This document shows positions 12,153 to 24,845 of a stretch of 64,000 nt of DNA, piece after piece (the stretch's first letter is position 1; every line of letters starts with the position of its first letter). The stretch is from Paragordius varius. Lineage: Eukaryota > Animalia > Nematomorpha. The translations under genes were made by a program, and so were the position numbers. Below the pieces are notes generated by a model, which saw only the letters and a list, made by a program, of their open reading frames with translations, had not been told where the DNA came from and did no database searches. Location: assembly GCA_964247055.1 (NCBI GenBank), contig OZ176054.1, positions 13,206,001-13,270,000 of the forward strand, in the 5' to 3' direction.

Positions 12153-12361
12153 GGCTTGATCGCACAACAAACTCTCATTATACTTGTGGGGAGTTTTTGG
12201 GCCAAATGACTCTAATGGGAGGAATAAATATTCCTTCACAAGGGTTGCGGAAAATCAACTCAAGAGTTTTTTTCCCACTCGCGTGAAGGAGGATTTATTT
12301 CTCCCATTAGAGAGTTGGCCCAAAAACTCGTCACAAGTATAATGAGAGTTTGAGTCAAGCC
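12153..12361. repeat. Long imperfect inverted repeat (~70-80 bp arms, ~45 bp spacer); foldback/MITE-like
   Basis: CAAACTCTCATTATACTTGTGGGGAGTTTTTGGGCCAA...CCTTCAC pairs with GTGAAGG...TTGGCCCAAAAACTCGTCACAAGTATAATGAGAGTTTG. Confidence 0.85.
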
Positions 12362-12364
12362 CCC

Positions 12365-12426
12365 AAGTCCAAAATTTTAATTTGAGCACTCTTACTCCCG
12401 GACGCTCAAAAAAAAATTTTGGACTT
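12365..12426. repeat. 23-bp-arm hairpin
   Basis: AAGTCCAAAATTTTAATTTGAGC / GCTCAAAAAAAAATTTTGGACTT with a 16-nt loop. Confidence 0.8.
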
Positions 12427-13527
12427 AGAATATTTTTTAATTTTTTTTTCTCGCCCTTTGGAGGGGGGGGGTCTTATATATATTTATTGATATTTTTTAA
12501 TTTTTTTTCAATAAAAAATCTCAATTAGTACATACACAACAATTTATTGAATAATTTATATAAAAAAATATTAATTTTCTGTGATATTTATTCTTGTCTG
12601 GTTAGGTTATTCTTGATTTGTTTTTCTGTCGTCTTATGTTTTGGTTGTATATTGTATAGTTTTGTGTAGATTTCTAAATTATAAAAAAGAAATAGATAAA
12701 ATTTAATATTTATATTGATTTATATAAATTAAAAAATCTATATAGTCAAAAACGCTTATCCTAATGAATAAAAAATTCAGTTTGTGAGTAATAGCGATCA
12801 AAGGAAATCAGCTGTTTTTGCTCGTTTTTAGCCTGATTGTGGTTTATAAAATTAAATTTTTTAAATTGCAAGCGACCCATATTAAAGAACCATAGACCTC
12901 AATTTAAAAATTAAATATTACAAGCATTAGCGCGCTTTTATCCTAATAAATGACAAATATATTAGATGTTTCATATTTTATAAACAAATTTTTGTGGTTT
13001 TAATAAAATCAAGCTTTCTTATAATATTGAGCGCTTTTAATTAAAATTAAACTTTATAATAAAAATGGTATTTTTAAGTTTTTAATACCAATTTGGCGAT
13101 TTTTAAAAATAAAAGGTTTTTATAAAAATTAGCGGTTTATAAAACAAATGGTAATTTGTATCAAAGTTAGTGGTATTTAATAAAAAATAGGAGTTTTTTT
13201 TATAAAATTTAGCGGTTCTTAAAAAGATTAACTGTTTTTTTCTAATAAACCTCCACGGTTTTTTAACAAAAAATAGTTTTTTAAAACATAAAATTCTGGT
13301 CGTTTTTAATATAATTTGGCTGATTTCAAAAACAAATTTTAACAAATCTTTTTATCATTGTGAATAAGACCTTAACCCAAAAAATCAAAAGTTTCTAAGA
13401 TATCAGACGTTTTTGCTCGTTTTTAGCCAAATTGTGGTTTTTAAAAACAAATTTTTGTGGTTTTAGTAAAATTAATTTTTTATGTTAGAAAATAAAACCC
13501 CAAACAACCAATATCTAAAAATATATA

Positions 13528-13642
13528 GAAATGCGTGGGTCTCGGCCTGCTGCGCAGCCCGAGGAAGTCCTGCGGACTTCTTTAAGATAATGAACCAATT
13601 CCAATCCCTCACCCTAACCCTAGCCCACAAACTCGAAACCCT
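13528..13642 (-). mobile_element. GC-rich element end with twin hairpins; inverted partner of 22314-22429
   Basis: AATGCGTGGGTCTCGGCCTGCTGCGCAGCCCGAGGAAGTCCTGCGGACTTCTTTAAG...CACCCTAACCCTAGCCCACAAACTCGAAACCCT is the near reverse complement of 22314-22429. Confidence 0.8.
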
Positions 13643-15719
13643 TAAAGTGCTTTAAACCTAAATAGATAGAAATTTTACAAAACCGTAACAAAAACAGATG
13701 AAAACGAATAATTACCTAATATAATTGCCATATAGAACAGACAGAAAATAAAAGAAAATTGGATTAAATTGCAAAGCTTATTAAGAAAATGCAATTAAAA
13801 AATAAATAAATATGTAGTGTTTTAAAAATCGAGCGGTTTTTAAAAACAAACTTAGCTCTTTTTTCAATAAAATTAGGTGTTTTTATATATGATTAGTTGT
13901 TTTTCAGAAATAAACCTTAGAATTTAGCGGTTTTAAGGTATGACTCAACGGTTTTTTAAGATTTAAGCGCTCTATTTAGCTGTTTCTTTAAAAAACGGTT
14001 TTTGAAAAGGTTATATTAATACACCTTAGAAGTTAGCGATTTTTAATAAAAAAAATATAGGCATTTTATAATAAATCTTGCCACTTTTTTGAAGCGATTT
14101 TTAGAAAAAGATTTATTTTAATTAAATTTACCGGTTTCGCAAAAAACTAAACGGTTTTAAAAAATATTAACGGTTTAGGAAGCAAATCTAGAGGTTTACT
14201 CAAAGTTAGCATTTAATAAAAAAAATAGATTTTATATATATAAAATTTAAAAAGCATTTGTTGTGGCTTTTAAAATATTAGCTGTTTCATAAAAAGATTT
14301 AATTTTTTAATAGTTAACGGTTTTTAAAAAGAATTTAGTGTTGATCAATTTAGCAGTTTTCATAAATAATTTAGCGGTTTTATGATAGATATTTGCGGTT
14401 TTATAAATATTTAGCTGGGTTTATAATGATTAGCTATTTTGTAAGAAACTCTTATTATTTAGCGGTTTAAATAATGATTTTCGGGTTTTTAAAAATATAT
14501 TAGCGTTTTTAAAAAGAATTGTGGATTTAAATAAATATTGGTGGTTAAATTTAGTGGTTTTTCATTATATAATATTTTTTAAAAAACCTCAGCAGTTTTT
14601 TGATAAAAATTATTTTTTTAGATATGCGGTTGTTTAAAACTTTTTTTAATAAAAAATAGGAATTTTTATGATAAATAGAAGAATATTAATAAACATTAGC
14701 GGTTTTTAAAAAAATAGGGTATTTGATATATACTAGTGGGTTATAAAAAGAATTTAGAGGTTTTTATATCAAAGGAGTTTTTATTAAATAAAAAAGATTT
14801 TTAATTAACTTCAGAGGTATAATAAAAATTAGTGTTTTTTAAGCAAAAATTAGCTATATTTTAGTTAATTGGCTGTTTTTCAATAAAATAAAGTGGTTTC
14901 AAAAATCTTTACTGGGGTTTTTAAATAACTACCAAGTCAATAAGCCACCTGTTTTTCCTTAATCAGCCGTTTAAAATGAAAGAGTTTATAATTGATACAA
15001 CCATAGAATCCTCTATTTTAATAAATTTTGTGATTTTCAAAAAGTTTCAGCAATTTCTAGCTAATAATTTTTTAGTATTGATGTTAAATCAAATAAATCA
15101 AATAAAAAATAATTGATTTATAATAAGCTGATTAATTAAAAAAATGATTAATTAAAACAAATGATAACTGAGCTGATTAACAAAACATGTGGCTTAGTTT
15201 TACGTAAAAACTGATTAATAAAATACAAATAAAATTACCAAATTTTAAAGTATTCGATTTTCTTTATCAGTTTTTGGGCAAATAACTGAGGCAAATATCA
15301 TATTCTAAATTAAAAAAGAATGAAAAAATATAAAATTTTTAAAAAAGGTCAATAATGTAAAAATTTATTTATTTTAACCCTTTTGCAGAAAATTTTAGCG
15401 ATTTTCAAAGAATTTTTTCAATTGAATTTAATCAGTATTAAAAGAATATAAGCGGTTTTAAAATAATTTATCAGTATTAAAAGAATATAGCACTTTAGAA
15501 TCAATTTTAACAGTTTAATTTTTTTAGCAGTCAGTTTTAAACAAATTTTTAAGAATTTAATCACTTTTAAAAGAGATTTTGCGGTTTTAAAAAAAGGTTT
15601 TTACGGTTTTAAAAAGAGTTTAAGCGGTTTTTCAAGAAATGTAAGAAAAATTAAAAAGTTTTTCATTAATATTTTTGAATGTATCGTTTTCATATAATAA
15701 ATAAATTAATAAGAGAAAA

Positions 15720-16380
15720 TAATTGATTACAATGGCTGTTTTATTAAAAATAATTTGTGTAAGTCAACCGCCTTTTTATAAAAAACTAATTTAAAACAAC
15801 CGATATTAAAACAACTGATTAATAGAAACAAATGACTGATAAAAACAACTAAAAAACAGTTGATTAATAAAAACAAAACTTATTAAACAACATAAAACAA
15901 AAAATTAATTACATAATTAACTAATTAAAAACAGCTGATTAAAAACAACGATTATAATCAACTGATTATTTAAAAAAACTGATTAAAACAATTGATTAAT
16001 ATTAAAAAATGATATTAATTAACAACTGATTAACTGGATAAAAATAAATGTTAAATAAAAACAACTGAATAAAAGATACCTGATTAATAAGAAAAAAAAA
16101 CTAATTAAACAATATAAATAAAATAATCAAAATGAATGATTAAAAACAACTGATTATTTAAAACTCTAATTAATTAAATTAACTGCTTGAATAAAACATC
16201 TGATCATTTAAAACAACTGATTAATTAAAACAACTGACTAATTAAAACAGCTGATTATTTAAAAAAACTGATTACTTCAATTAATTAAAACAACTGATCA
16301 AATAAAACAAAGGTTAATTAAAACAAATGATTAATAAAAACCACTGTTTAAACAATAGATTGATAAAAAATAAACACATT
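15720..16380 (+). repeat. Degenerate short tandem array (AAAACAACTGATTAATT-like)
   Basis: Recurrent AACAACTGATT / AACAAATGATT motifs; a shorter related block lies at ~15100-15240. Confidence 0.7.
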
Positions 16381-16699
16381 AATAGAAAACGCTTGGGTTT
16401 TTAAAAACTAATTAAAAAGAAACAAATAATAATTACCCAAATCCGATATCCAATATTTATTATCAGTTTTTGCGCAAACAAATCAGGACACCAACATATT
16501 CTAAAATAAAAAAGAAAATATATTAAAATAAAATTATAAAAAAGGCATTTATATATAATGTATATAAATAACAGTTGGCATACGCTTGAAAATTTTAAAA
16601 TTTTGTTTTTACAGAATATTTCAAGAAATTTTAGCGCTTTATTAAGAATTTTGCTGCCTTTTTAAAAATTATTTAATTAGCGCTTTTTAGAGTGGTTTA

Positions 16700-18920
16700 A
16701 AAAGTGTTTTTGTGGTTAAGCAAGTGTTTTTGTGGTTTAGAAAGAGTTTTTGTGGTTAAGAAAGTGTTTTTGTGGTTTAGGAAGAGTTTTGTGGTTAAGA
16801 AAGTGTTTTTGTGGTTTAGAAAGAGTTTTTGAGGTTTTAAAAAAGTTTTTACAGTTCAAAAAGAGTTTTTGCGGTTTTAAAAGAGTTTTTACGGTTTTAC
16901 AAAAGTTTTTGCGGTTTTACAAAAGTTTTTGCGGTTTTAAAAGAGTTTTTACGGTTTTACAAGAGTTTTTACGGTTTTACAAAAGTTTTTGCGGTTTAAA
17001 AAGAGTTTTTGCGGTTTTAAAAGAGTTTTTACAGTTTATTTACGGTTTTAAAAGAGTTTTTATGGTTTTAAAAAAGTTTTTATGGTTTTAAAAGAGTTTT
17101 TACAGTTTTAAAAGAGTTTTTGCGGTTTAAAAAGAGTTTTTGCGGTTTAAAAAGAGTTTTTGCGGTTTTTAGGGAGTTTTTGCGGTTTTTAGGGAGTTTT
17201 TGCGGTTTTTAGAGAGTTTTTGCGGTTTTTAGAGAGTTTTTGCGGTTTTTAGAGAGTTTTTGCGGTTTTTAGAGAGTTTTTGCGGTTTTTAGAGAGTTTT
17301 TGCGGTTTTTAGAGAGTTTTTACGGTTTTAAAAGAGTTTTTATGGTTTTAAAAGAGTTTTTATGGTTTTAAAAGAGTTTTTGTGGTTTAAAAAAAGTTTT
17401 TGTGGTTTAAAAAGAGGTTTTGCGGTTTAAAAAGAGTTTTTTCTGCGGTTATAAAAGAGTTTTTTCTGCGGTTATAAAAGAGTTTTTTCTGCGGTTTTAA
17501 AAGAGTTTTTTCTGCGGTTTTAAAAGAGTTTTTACGGTTTTACAAGAGTTTTTACAGTTTATTTACGGTTTAAAAAGAGTTTTTGCGGTTTTAAAAAGAG
17601 TTTCTGTGGTTTTAAAAGAGTTTTTTCTGCGGTTTTAAAAGAGTTTTTTCTGCGGTTTTAAAAGAGTTTTTTCTGCGGTTTTAAAAGAGTTTTTACAGTT
17701 TATTTACGGTTTTAAAAGAGTTTTTATGGTTTAAAAAGAGTTTTTATGGGTTAAAAGAGTTTTTGCGGTTTAAAAAGAGTTTTTACGGTTTTAAAAGAGT
17801 TTTTTCTGCGGTTTTAAAAGAGTTTTTTCTGCGGTTTTAAAAGAGTTTTTTCTGCGGTTTCAAAAGTTTTTTCTGCGGTTTTAAAAGTTTTTTCTGCGGT
17901 TTTAAAAGAGTTTTTGCGGTTTAAAAAGAGTTTTTACGGTTTTTAGAGAGTTTTTACGGTTTTTAGAGAGTTTTTACGGTTTTTAGAGAGTTTTTACGGT
18001 TTTAAAAGAGTTTTTACGGTTTTAAAAGAGTTTTTACGGTTTTAAAAGAGTTTTTACGGTTTTAAAAGAGTTTTTACGGTTTTAAAAGAGTTTTTTCTGC
18101 GGTTATAAAAGAGTTTTTTCTGCGGTTATAAAAGAGTTTTTTCTGCGGTTATAAAAGAGTTTTTTCTGCGGTTTTAAAAGAGTTTTTTCTGCGGTTTTAA
18201 AAGAGTTTTTGCGTTTTAAAAAGAGTTTTTGCGTTTTAAAAAGAGTTTTTGCGTTTTAAAAAGAGTTTTTGCGTTTTAAAAAGAGTTTTTGCGTTTTAAA
18301 AAGAGTTTTTGCGCTTTAAAGAGTTTTTACAGTTTTTAAGGAATTTTAGCAGTTTAAATATAGTTATTGCGGTTTAATAGAGTTACAATTTAAATATAGT
18401 TTTAGACAGTTTTTGAGGAATTTTAGCGGTTTTAAAAGAGTTTTAGTTATTGCGGTTCTAAAGAATTTCAGCAGTTTTTAAGGAATTAGGAGTTTGAAAG
18501 AGTTTTTCCGGTTTAAAAAAGGTTTTTACGGTTTTAAAAAAGTTTTTACGGTTTAAAAATTGTTCTTAAGGTTTAAAAATTGTTGTTAAGGTTTAAAAAG
18601 AGTTGTTAAGGTTTAAAAAGAGTTGTTAAGGTAAAAGAGTTGTTAAGGTTTAAAAAGAGTTTTTATGGTTTAAAAATAGTTTTAGACAGTTTTTGAGGAA
18701 TTTTAGCAGTTTGGTTTTAAAAGAGTTTTTACGGTTTTAAAAGCGTTTTTATGGTTTAAAAAGAGTTTTTACGGTTGTTTTTATTACAGTTTAAAAATAG
18801 TTTTAGACAGTTTTTGAGGAATTTAGCAGTTTTAAAATAGTTTTTACGGTTTTAAAAGAGTTTTTACGGTTTTAAAAGAATTTTTACGTTTTTAAAAGAG
18901 TTTTTACGGTTTAAAAAGAG
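16700..18920 (+). repeat. Minisatellite, ~20-23 bp unit (AAAAGAGTTTTTGCGGTTTT), with degenerate flanks at ~12800-14900 and ~18920-19500
   Basis: Homogeneous tandem units with variant blocks (AGAGAGTTTTTGCGGTTTTT; AAAAGAGTTTTTTCTGCGGTTTT; AAAAGAGTTTTTGCGTTTTA). Confidence 0.95.
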
Positions 18921-20074
18921 TTTTTACAGTTTTTGAAGAATTTTAGACAGTTTTTGAGCAATTTTAGACAATTAGGAATTTTAGCAGTTTTTAAAGAATT
19001 TTACTAGTTTTTAAGGAATTTGCAGTTTTTTAAAACAATTTAGCAGTTTTTTGGATAATTTTAGGCGTTTTTAAATAATTTTACAAGTGTTAAACAATTT
19101 TTTCAAGTTTTAAAAGAATTTAAGCAGTTTTTAAAGAATCTTAGCAGATTTTAAAGAAATTTACTAGTTTTTAAGGAATTTACAAATGTTAAACAATTTT
19201 TTGAAGTTTTAAAAGAATTTAAGCAGTTTTTAAAGAGTTTAACGAGTTTTTAATTTTAGCAGCTTTTAAGATAATTTTACTAGTCAAATAATTTTAGCAG
19301 TTTTTAATCAATTTTAAGCGTTTAAAAGAGTTTTTGAGGTTTTCAAAGAATTTTAGAATTTTTAAATAATCTTAGAAGCAGTTTATAAAATTTGTGCGTT
19401 TTTAGATTTTAAGAAGTGTTAAAAAAAATTTGAGGTTTAAATCGAATTTTAGCAGATTTTAAAGAATTTTGCTAGTTTTTAGAGAGTTCTTTAACGAATT
19501 ATAGCAGTTTTAAAATAATTTTTATAAAATAATGGCCTTTTTAGAGAATATTAAAATTTTTTCTCTTTTAGAAATTTTCTAGTAATTTTACTTTTTAAAT
19601 ATAAAAACTGCGCTTTTTTACGAAACATACCTTTTAAGTATTCACAAAAATTAGCCCTATTTAAGAAAACTTTACTGCTTTTTAAGTGAGCGCTTTCAGA
19701 ATTTTAAGAAACATACCGCTTTTTTAATAAATTACAAGATATATTAGCGCTATAAACCATTAAGAAGTTTTAGTGTTTTCTTGATACCGCTTTTTATTAT
19801 TTTTTATTAAAAAATTTTAGTAAATTTTAAAAGTTAGAACTTTTAACACGTGTTTAAATACTATATTTTACAACTTGAAGGATTAAAAAGTTTGAATATT
19901 GGAAATGGGTGATATTTTAGATATAAAAATTCATCTCTAATATATTTGAATGTAAAAATATTTTATACAGACTTACTCAATATTTAGTTAAAAACATTTT
20001 ATATTTAAACAACTAATTGAATAAGTAATAAATTTATTTTATTCAACACGCATGCACCATAAAAAATATAAACA

Positions 20075-20660
20075 AGTTCGAGAACAAGTGACCCATTAAT
20101 ACCTTGTAGCAATATATAATTTAATAAATAGACATATATTTGATTCTTTCATAGGATTTAATAATATGTGCTAGCTTTTTATTAAATTTTAACATAAAAA
20201 AATTATCTCAAACTAAATAGAAACATATGTTAAACTTTTTTTGTTAATTTCCTTTGACAAAAAAATAAATATTCAAGATCAAAAGAGCCATTAATACCTT
20301 GTAACAATATATAATTTAAACATTTTTAATTCTTTATTAAGATATCTGCATTGAATTAATTATATTTGCTAGGTTTTTATAAAATTTTAACATAAAGAGA
20401 ATAGACAAACTAAATTGTAACATATGTTAAACTTTTTGTGTTGATTGCCTTTAACAAAAAGATTAAATATTCGAGAACAAAAGGTCTATTCAAACCTTGT
20501 AGCAATATATAATTTAGACATTTATTTGAATTTAATATAGAATATTTGCACTGAATTGAATAATATTTACTAGCTTTTTATAAAAATTTAACAAAAAGAA
20601 ATTATACGACTTAAATAGTAACATATGTTGAACTTTTTGTGTTGATTTCCTTTAAAAAAT
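20075..20660 (+). repeat. Three tandem ~195-bp repeats
   Basis: CCATTAATACCTTGTAGCAATATATAATTT ... AACATATGTTAAACTTTTT recurs at ~20090, ~20290 and ~20490. Confidence 0.8.
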
Positions 20661-22313
20661 GTATAATTTAACGAGATTAAAAAGCTGAAAATACAAAATA
20701 AGCCATTTATTCCAAAAATACTATTAATTCTAGCGTTCAAAATTTACAGGAGATATTATCGGCCAAAAGCAGAAAGATCAAAAAAATCTTGCTTTAACTT
20801 TAAAATAGAATCAAAATTAGTGCTCTTGACTGTGATTCAAACAGAACCTTAAAGCAATTATAACAATCTATGTTATCATAAAGACAAAACATGCAAAACT
20901 TACCATTGATTAGGCTAAATTGTTTTAGTTTTGCATTTCGGTTGCTCCTCAACATGTCTTCACAAATCATTGTTTTCCATGATTTGTCTCAACACTTTGT
21001 CTCTTTATTTTTGTTTCGTCTAAATAATTAATTAAATTTAATATAATTACCATAATAAAATAATCCATGTTAGCAGCAATACAATGTGCATAGTCGGGAT
21101 AAAAGATAATAGGAAGAGTAGTTAAATCCATTCTAACCAAAGAATGTAATTTACAAAAAAAAATTAAATTAATAAAATAAATATATTTTTTAACGTTTAT
21201 ATAGGGGGGGAAAGCACACGTGTGTTGCTCACCCAATCAAATTAATGTGCGCATTGCGCCTTCTCTCTCCCCTTCTAGAAAAATAGTGCACACGTATTTA
21301 TTCCCTCTCTCTCTTAATTGTTTATTACTATGTTGCGCAAGATTTTACCTCCACGTGCTATTTTTTAGTTCTTATTTAGCATGATGCAATAATAATGGAA
21401 AAAATAAATAAAATAATTACATAAATAAGTAAGTAAATAATTTGAAAATATATTTTAATATCCAAATATAGTATAGGTTATGTTTAATTAAATATTCCGA
21501 ATATTTGTTAATTATATGTTAATTAATTAATACTTAATATGTTAGGTTTTAAATGCTTTAAGATATCTTAAAAATAATTTAGACAAATATAATTATTCAT
21601 AATTCTATATATATTTATCTAATCTTTATATTTATAAATGTGTGTAGATTTCATTGGTAGTATATGTCAAATACGGGATTAATTAGGTTAACCACAATCT
21701 AATTAGTTTTATTTGAATAAAATATTATAAAAATTATATATAAATATATTAACCTGCACAAATTATTGTGGATTAATTGAAAATTATATATGATTTATCA
21801 GACTATTAATTCCTTTCAATTTTGTTTTATAAGGATTAAAAACTGTCTAGGGAAACTAGTTTTAATAACACAAAATAAGTTATAAATATTGATATTGTTT
21901 TAATATTATAAGCCAAAGGTTGACATTTTTCTTATTATAAATGATTCAATCAGATATTCTAGCAGCATAAACTTTATGAGTTGAATATCTTTAATACTAT
22001 ATTAACATTAGTAAGCTAAGTAATCAAATATTTCTAAAATTTATCAATTATTAATTAGGAATATGAAACTCAAACTAAATTTGAAGTACTTCTATCTAAC
22101 TTTTTAAATATTTTAAAAGCTGGATAGGCAAAATGAGATAATGTTGAATAGTTTTATTATTAACTCAACCACGAATTAATATTAGTTCCAGTAGTTTTTG
22201 GAAAAAGCTAATTAATATTCTTATCTGGATAGCTCTTTCAACAATCATTCATTATTATATTCTAAATTGTAAATCTAACCAAAACTTCAATTATTTTATA
22301 CAGATTTAATTTT

Positions 22314-22429
22314 AGGGTTTTCGAGTTTGTGGGCTAGGGTTAGGGTGAAGGATTGGAGTTGGTTCATTTTCTTAAAGAAGTCCGCAGGACTTCCTCGGAC
22401 TGCGAAGCAGGCCGAGACCCACGCATTCC
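22314..22429 (+). mobile_element. GC-rich element end with twin hairpins; inverted partner of 13528-13642
   Basis: AGGGTTTTCGAGTTTGTGGGCTAGGGTTAGGGTG...AAGAAGTCCGCAGGACTTCCTCGGACTGCGAAGCAGGCCGAGACCCACGCATTCC followed by TTTTT. A degenerate third copy lies at ~23128-23197. Confidence 0.8.
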
Positions 22430-24845
22430 TTTTTGAAATATTTTTCTAAAAATATTTTTATTATTAAAATATAATTTTACAAAACTTTTTATATTATAAA
22501 TTTCGTATAGATATTTTAATGACTCACGTAGAAATATTTAACACTTAAGTTAATTATTCAAGTGATAATTACAGAGCTGTGCTAGTTTCAGTAAAGATTA
22601 ACATTGGATAAAAAAATATTTCTGTAAGAACTTATACTTATATACTTGTTTAAATATTATATAGTTATTTATCGATAATATATCTATTAGAAAGTTATTC
22701 TTATTAATCTAATGTGTGATTAATGCTCAAGGATAAACTATTCAATAAATTTATTGCATACAAATCCCTATCTGTAATCAGAGATACTTCTAATAGTATG
22801 TTTATTACAAATTAGACTTAACACGTTTTAAAGTCTGATTTTATTAGGAATATTTATTGTTTAATTGAAAACTTATTATAACTTAAACATATATTTATGG
22901 CATACTTTAAAACTTTAAATTTAATGATTAGACATAATATATCAAAATAAACGTAAAATTTAACAATTAAAATAAAGATAATATCCATGTTAAAAGACTA
23001 TCACTTCAGTGCTAATATTTGATTTGAACGATTCAATATTATATTTATATTATAGTGTTTATAACCAATATATCCCAATATTTAAAAATATAAAGAATTT
23101 CAATTATTATATCGTATAATGCGGGTTATAGGTACTTTAAGGTTTTAGGTATTATGAGCAAGGGTTAGGGATGTTTAATTTGCTTAAAGAAGTCCGTATG
23201 CTCTTTGTTTAATGTAAAGTTGTAATAAAATTTGTTCTGATAGATGAGCATTGGTTATAATTCTAAGCAAAGTTATATTTTATAAATAATACATCCTATA
23301 TTGATATTATAAATTAGTTTTTTTGCTTAAATATGTTAGAAATTATTGATAACTATAAAACATTTTAGCATGTATTTTTTGTAATTGACTTTATATACCA
23401 TCGCATCTAAAATATATATTTAATACCAGGATGTAGTAAATGACCAATATGCCAATTAGACCACTTATGATTTTAAATTGGAAAATAGGTCTAAATAAAA
23501 TAAATGTATTTTAATAAATTCTAACTCTAATATAAGTATATACTGATCAAAATGTAAAAAATATTTATCACTCAATAATATATAATAAAATATATTTATT
23601 ACCTTTTATAGTATTCAATCATAAAAATTTACATAATTTTTTAGACTCCTCTTTGCCTAATACTAATATTGCGATTCTACAATGTTTATTTGATTATTTA
23701 ATTTAATAAAATTTATTTAAATATACAGGAAATATATAAAAGTTCCACAACAAAACCACCTATGAATTTAAATTTTGTATAAATACTCAATAAAAATTTT
23801 TTATCAATTTATAAAATAGCAAATAATATAAAAGGATAGTCAAAGATTTTAGGCTTATGTTGAAAGATTAGAAATAGGTCGTATCTTAAGATGTCGGCAC
23901 ATTGCCTTATGGCACGCTTCCACAGATTATCTCTCAAAATTTTCAATCTTGGTTTTATTTACAAAATATAAATATCTAGATTCTGGATTGAAAAGTGCTT
24001 TTGAAAGCTGGTATTATATAGTCAAAGTATATAACTAATGACACTAAAATATTTTAATATATATGTGCATACGATATTTGCCTAAAATATATATTTTTTT
24101 AAGTCTTGGCTTACAAATCAGTTTAATTTACCAAATAATTAATTATGTTTTTAATTTTAATTCAGCTCTATATCATAAAGCAAATTATTAGGATATATTA
24201 AATTAATTTTAAAATTAAGGTAGTAATATCTGAAATAAATACACAATATAAAAAAATTACATCTAAGAATTTACTTAATTTTCCATTTTAATTTAGTTAT
24301 TTTAAAAATATATTCAATTTTTTATCAAGAGACACGTTACTCTATCAACTATCATACTTTCTGTGGTAATAAAACTAATCTTTCGCTTAAATTTATTTAA
24401 AATTTTCCATATAATATCTTATTTCGTTTATATCAGGTGGAACTCACACATGCATAAATTCAAACATTTTTAATGCAAGCCACACTTCTTTTTGCCAATC
24501 ACCTTTACTCGCGGAATTTTTAATTACATCTCATTTATTTATCAATAGTTCCCAAATATTAACAAATTAACATTTATATTTATGAAAAATTCAAATTTGT
24601 ATAATGATGAGGAAAATAAAAGAAGAATGGTAATCATTATTCCTATGTTTATTAATATTAAAAAATAACTTTATCAACATATATTATAACTAATTCGTTT
24701 CTTTGCAATGTTCAAATTGCTTGTTTATATTTTCTAATATACTTACTGCAATTAATAATTACCAATTAATTGATAAATTTACATTGTAATATTTTTACAG
24801 GTTCAAGGGCTTTTAATTGCATTACATTTTAATTATATTTAACAG

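Noticed and set aside
13610-13626. Telomeric repeat (CCCTAACCCTAG) as an interstitial telomere
   Set aside because: Only about two units, embedded in a repeated element end.
16750-17091. 113-aa repetitive ORF (FKRVFTVLQKF...)
   Set aside because: A translation of the 20-bp minisatellite; no splice or start context.
16700-18920. CRISPR-like array
   Set aside because: No unique spacers, eukaryotic context, no cas genes.
20967-21236. 89-aa minus-strand ORF as the transposase of the 13528-22429 interval
   Set aside because: No DDE, zinc-finger or Rep/helicase motif is recognisable, and adjacent frames contain stops.
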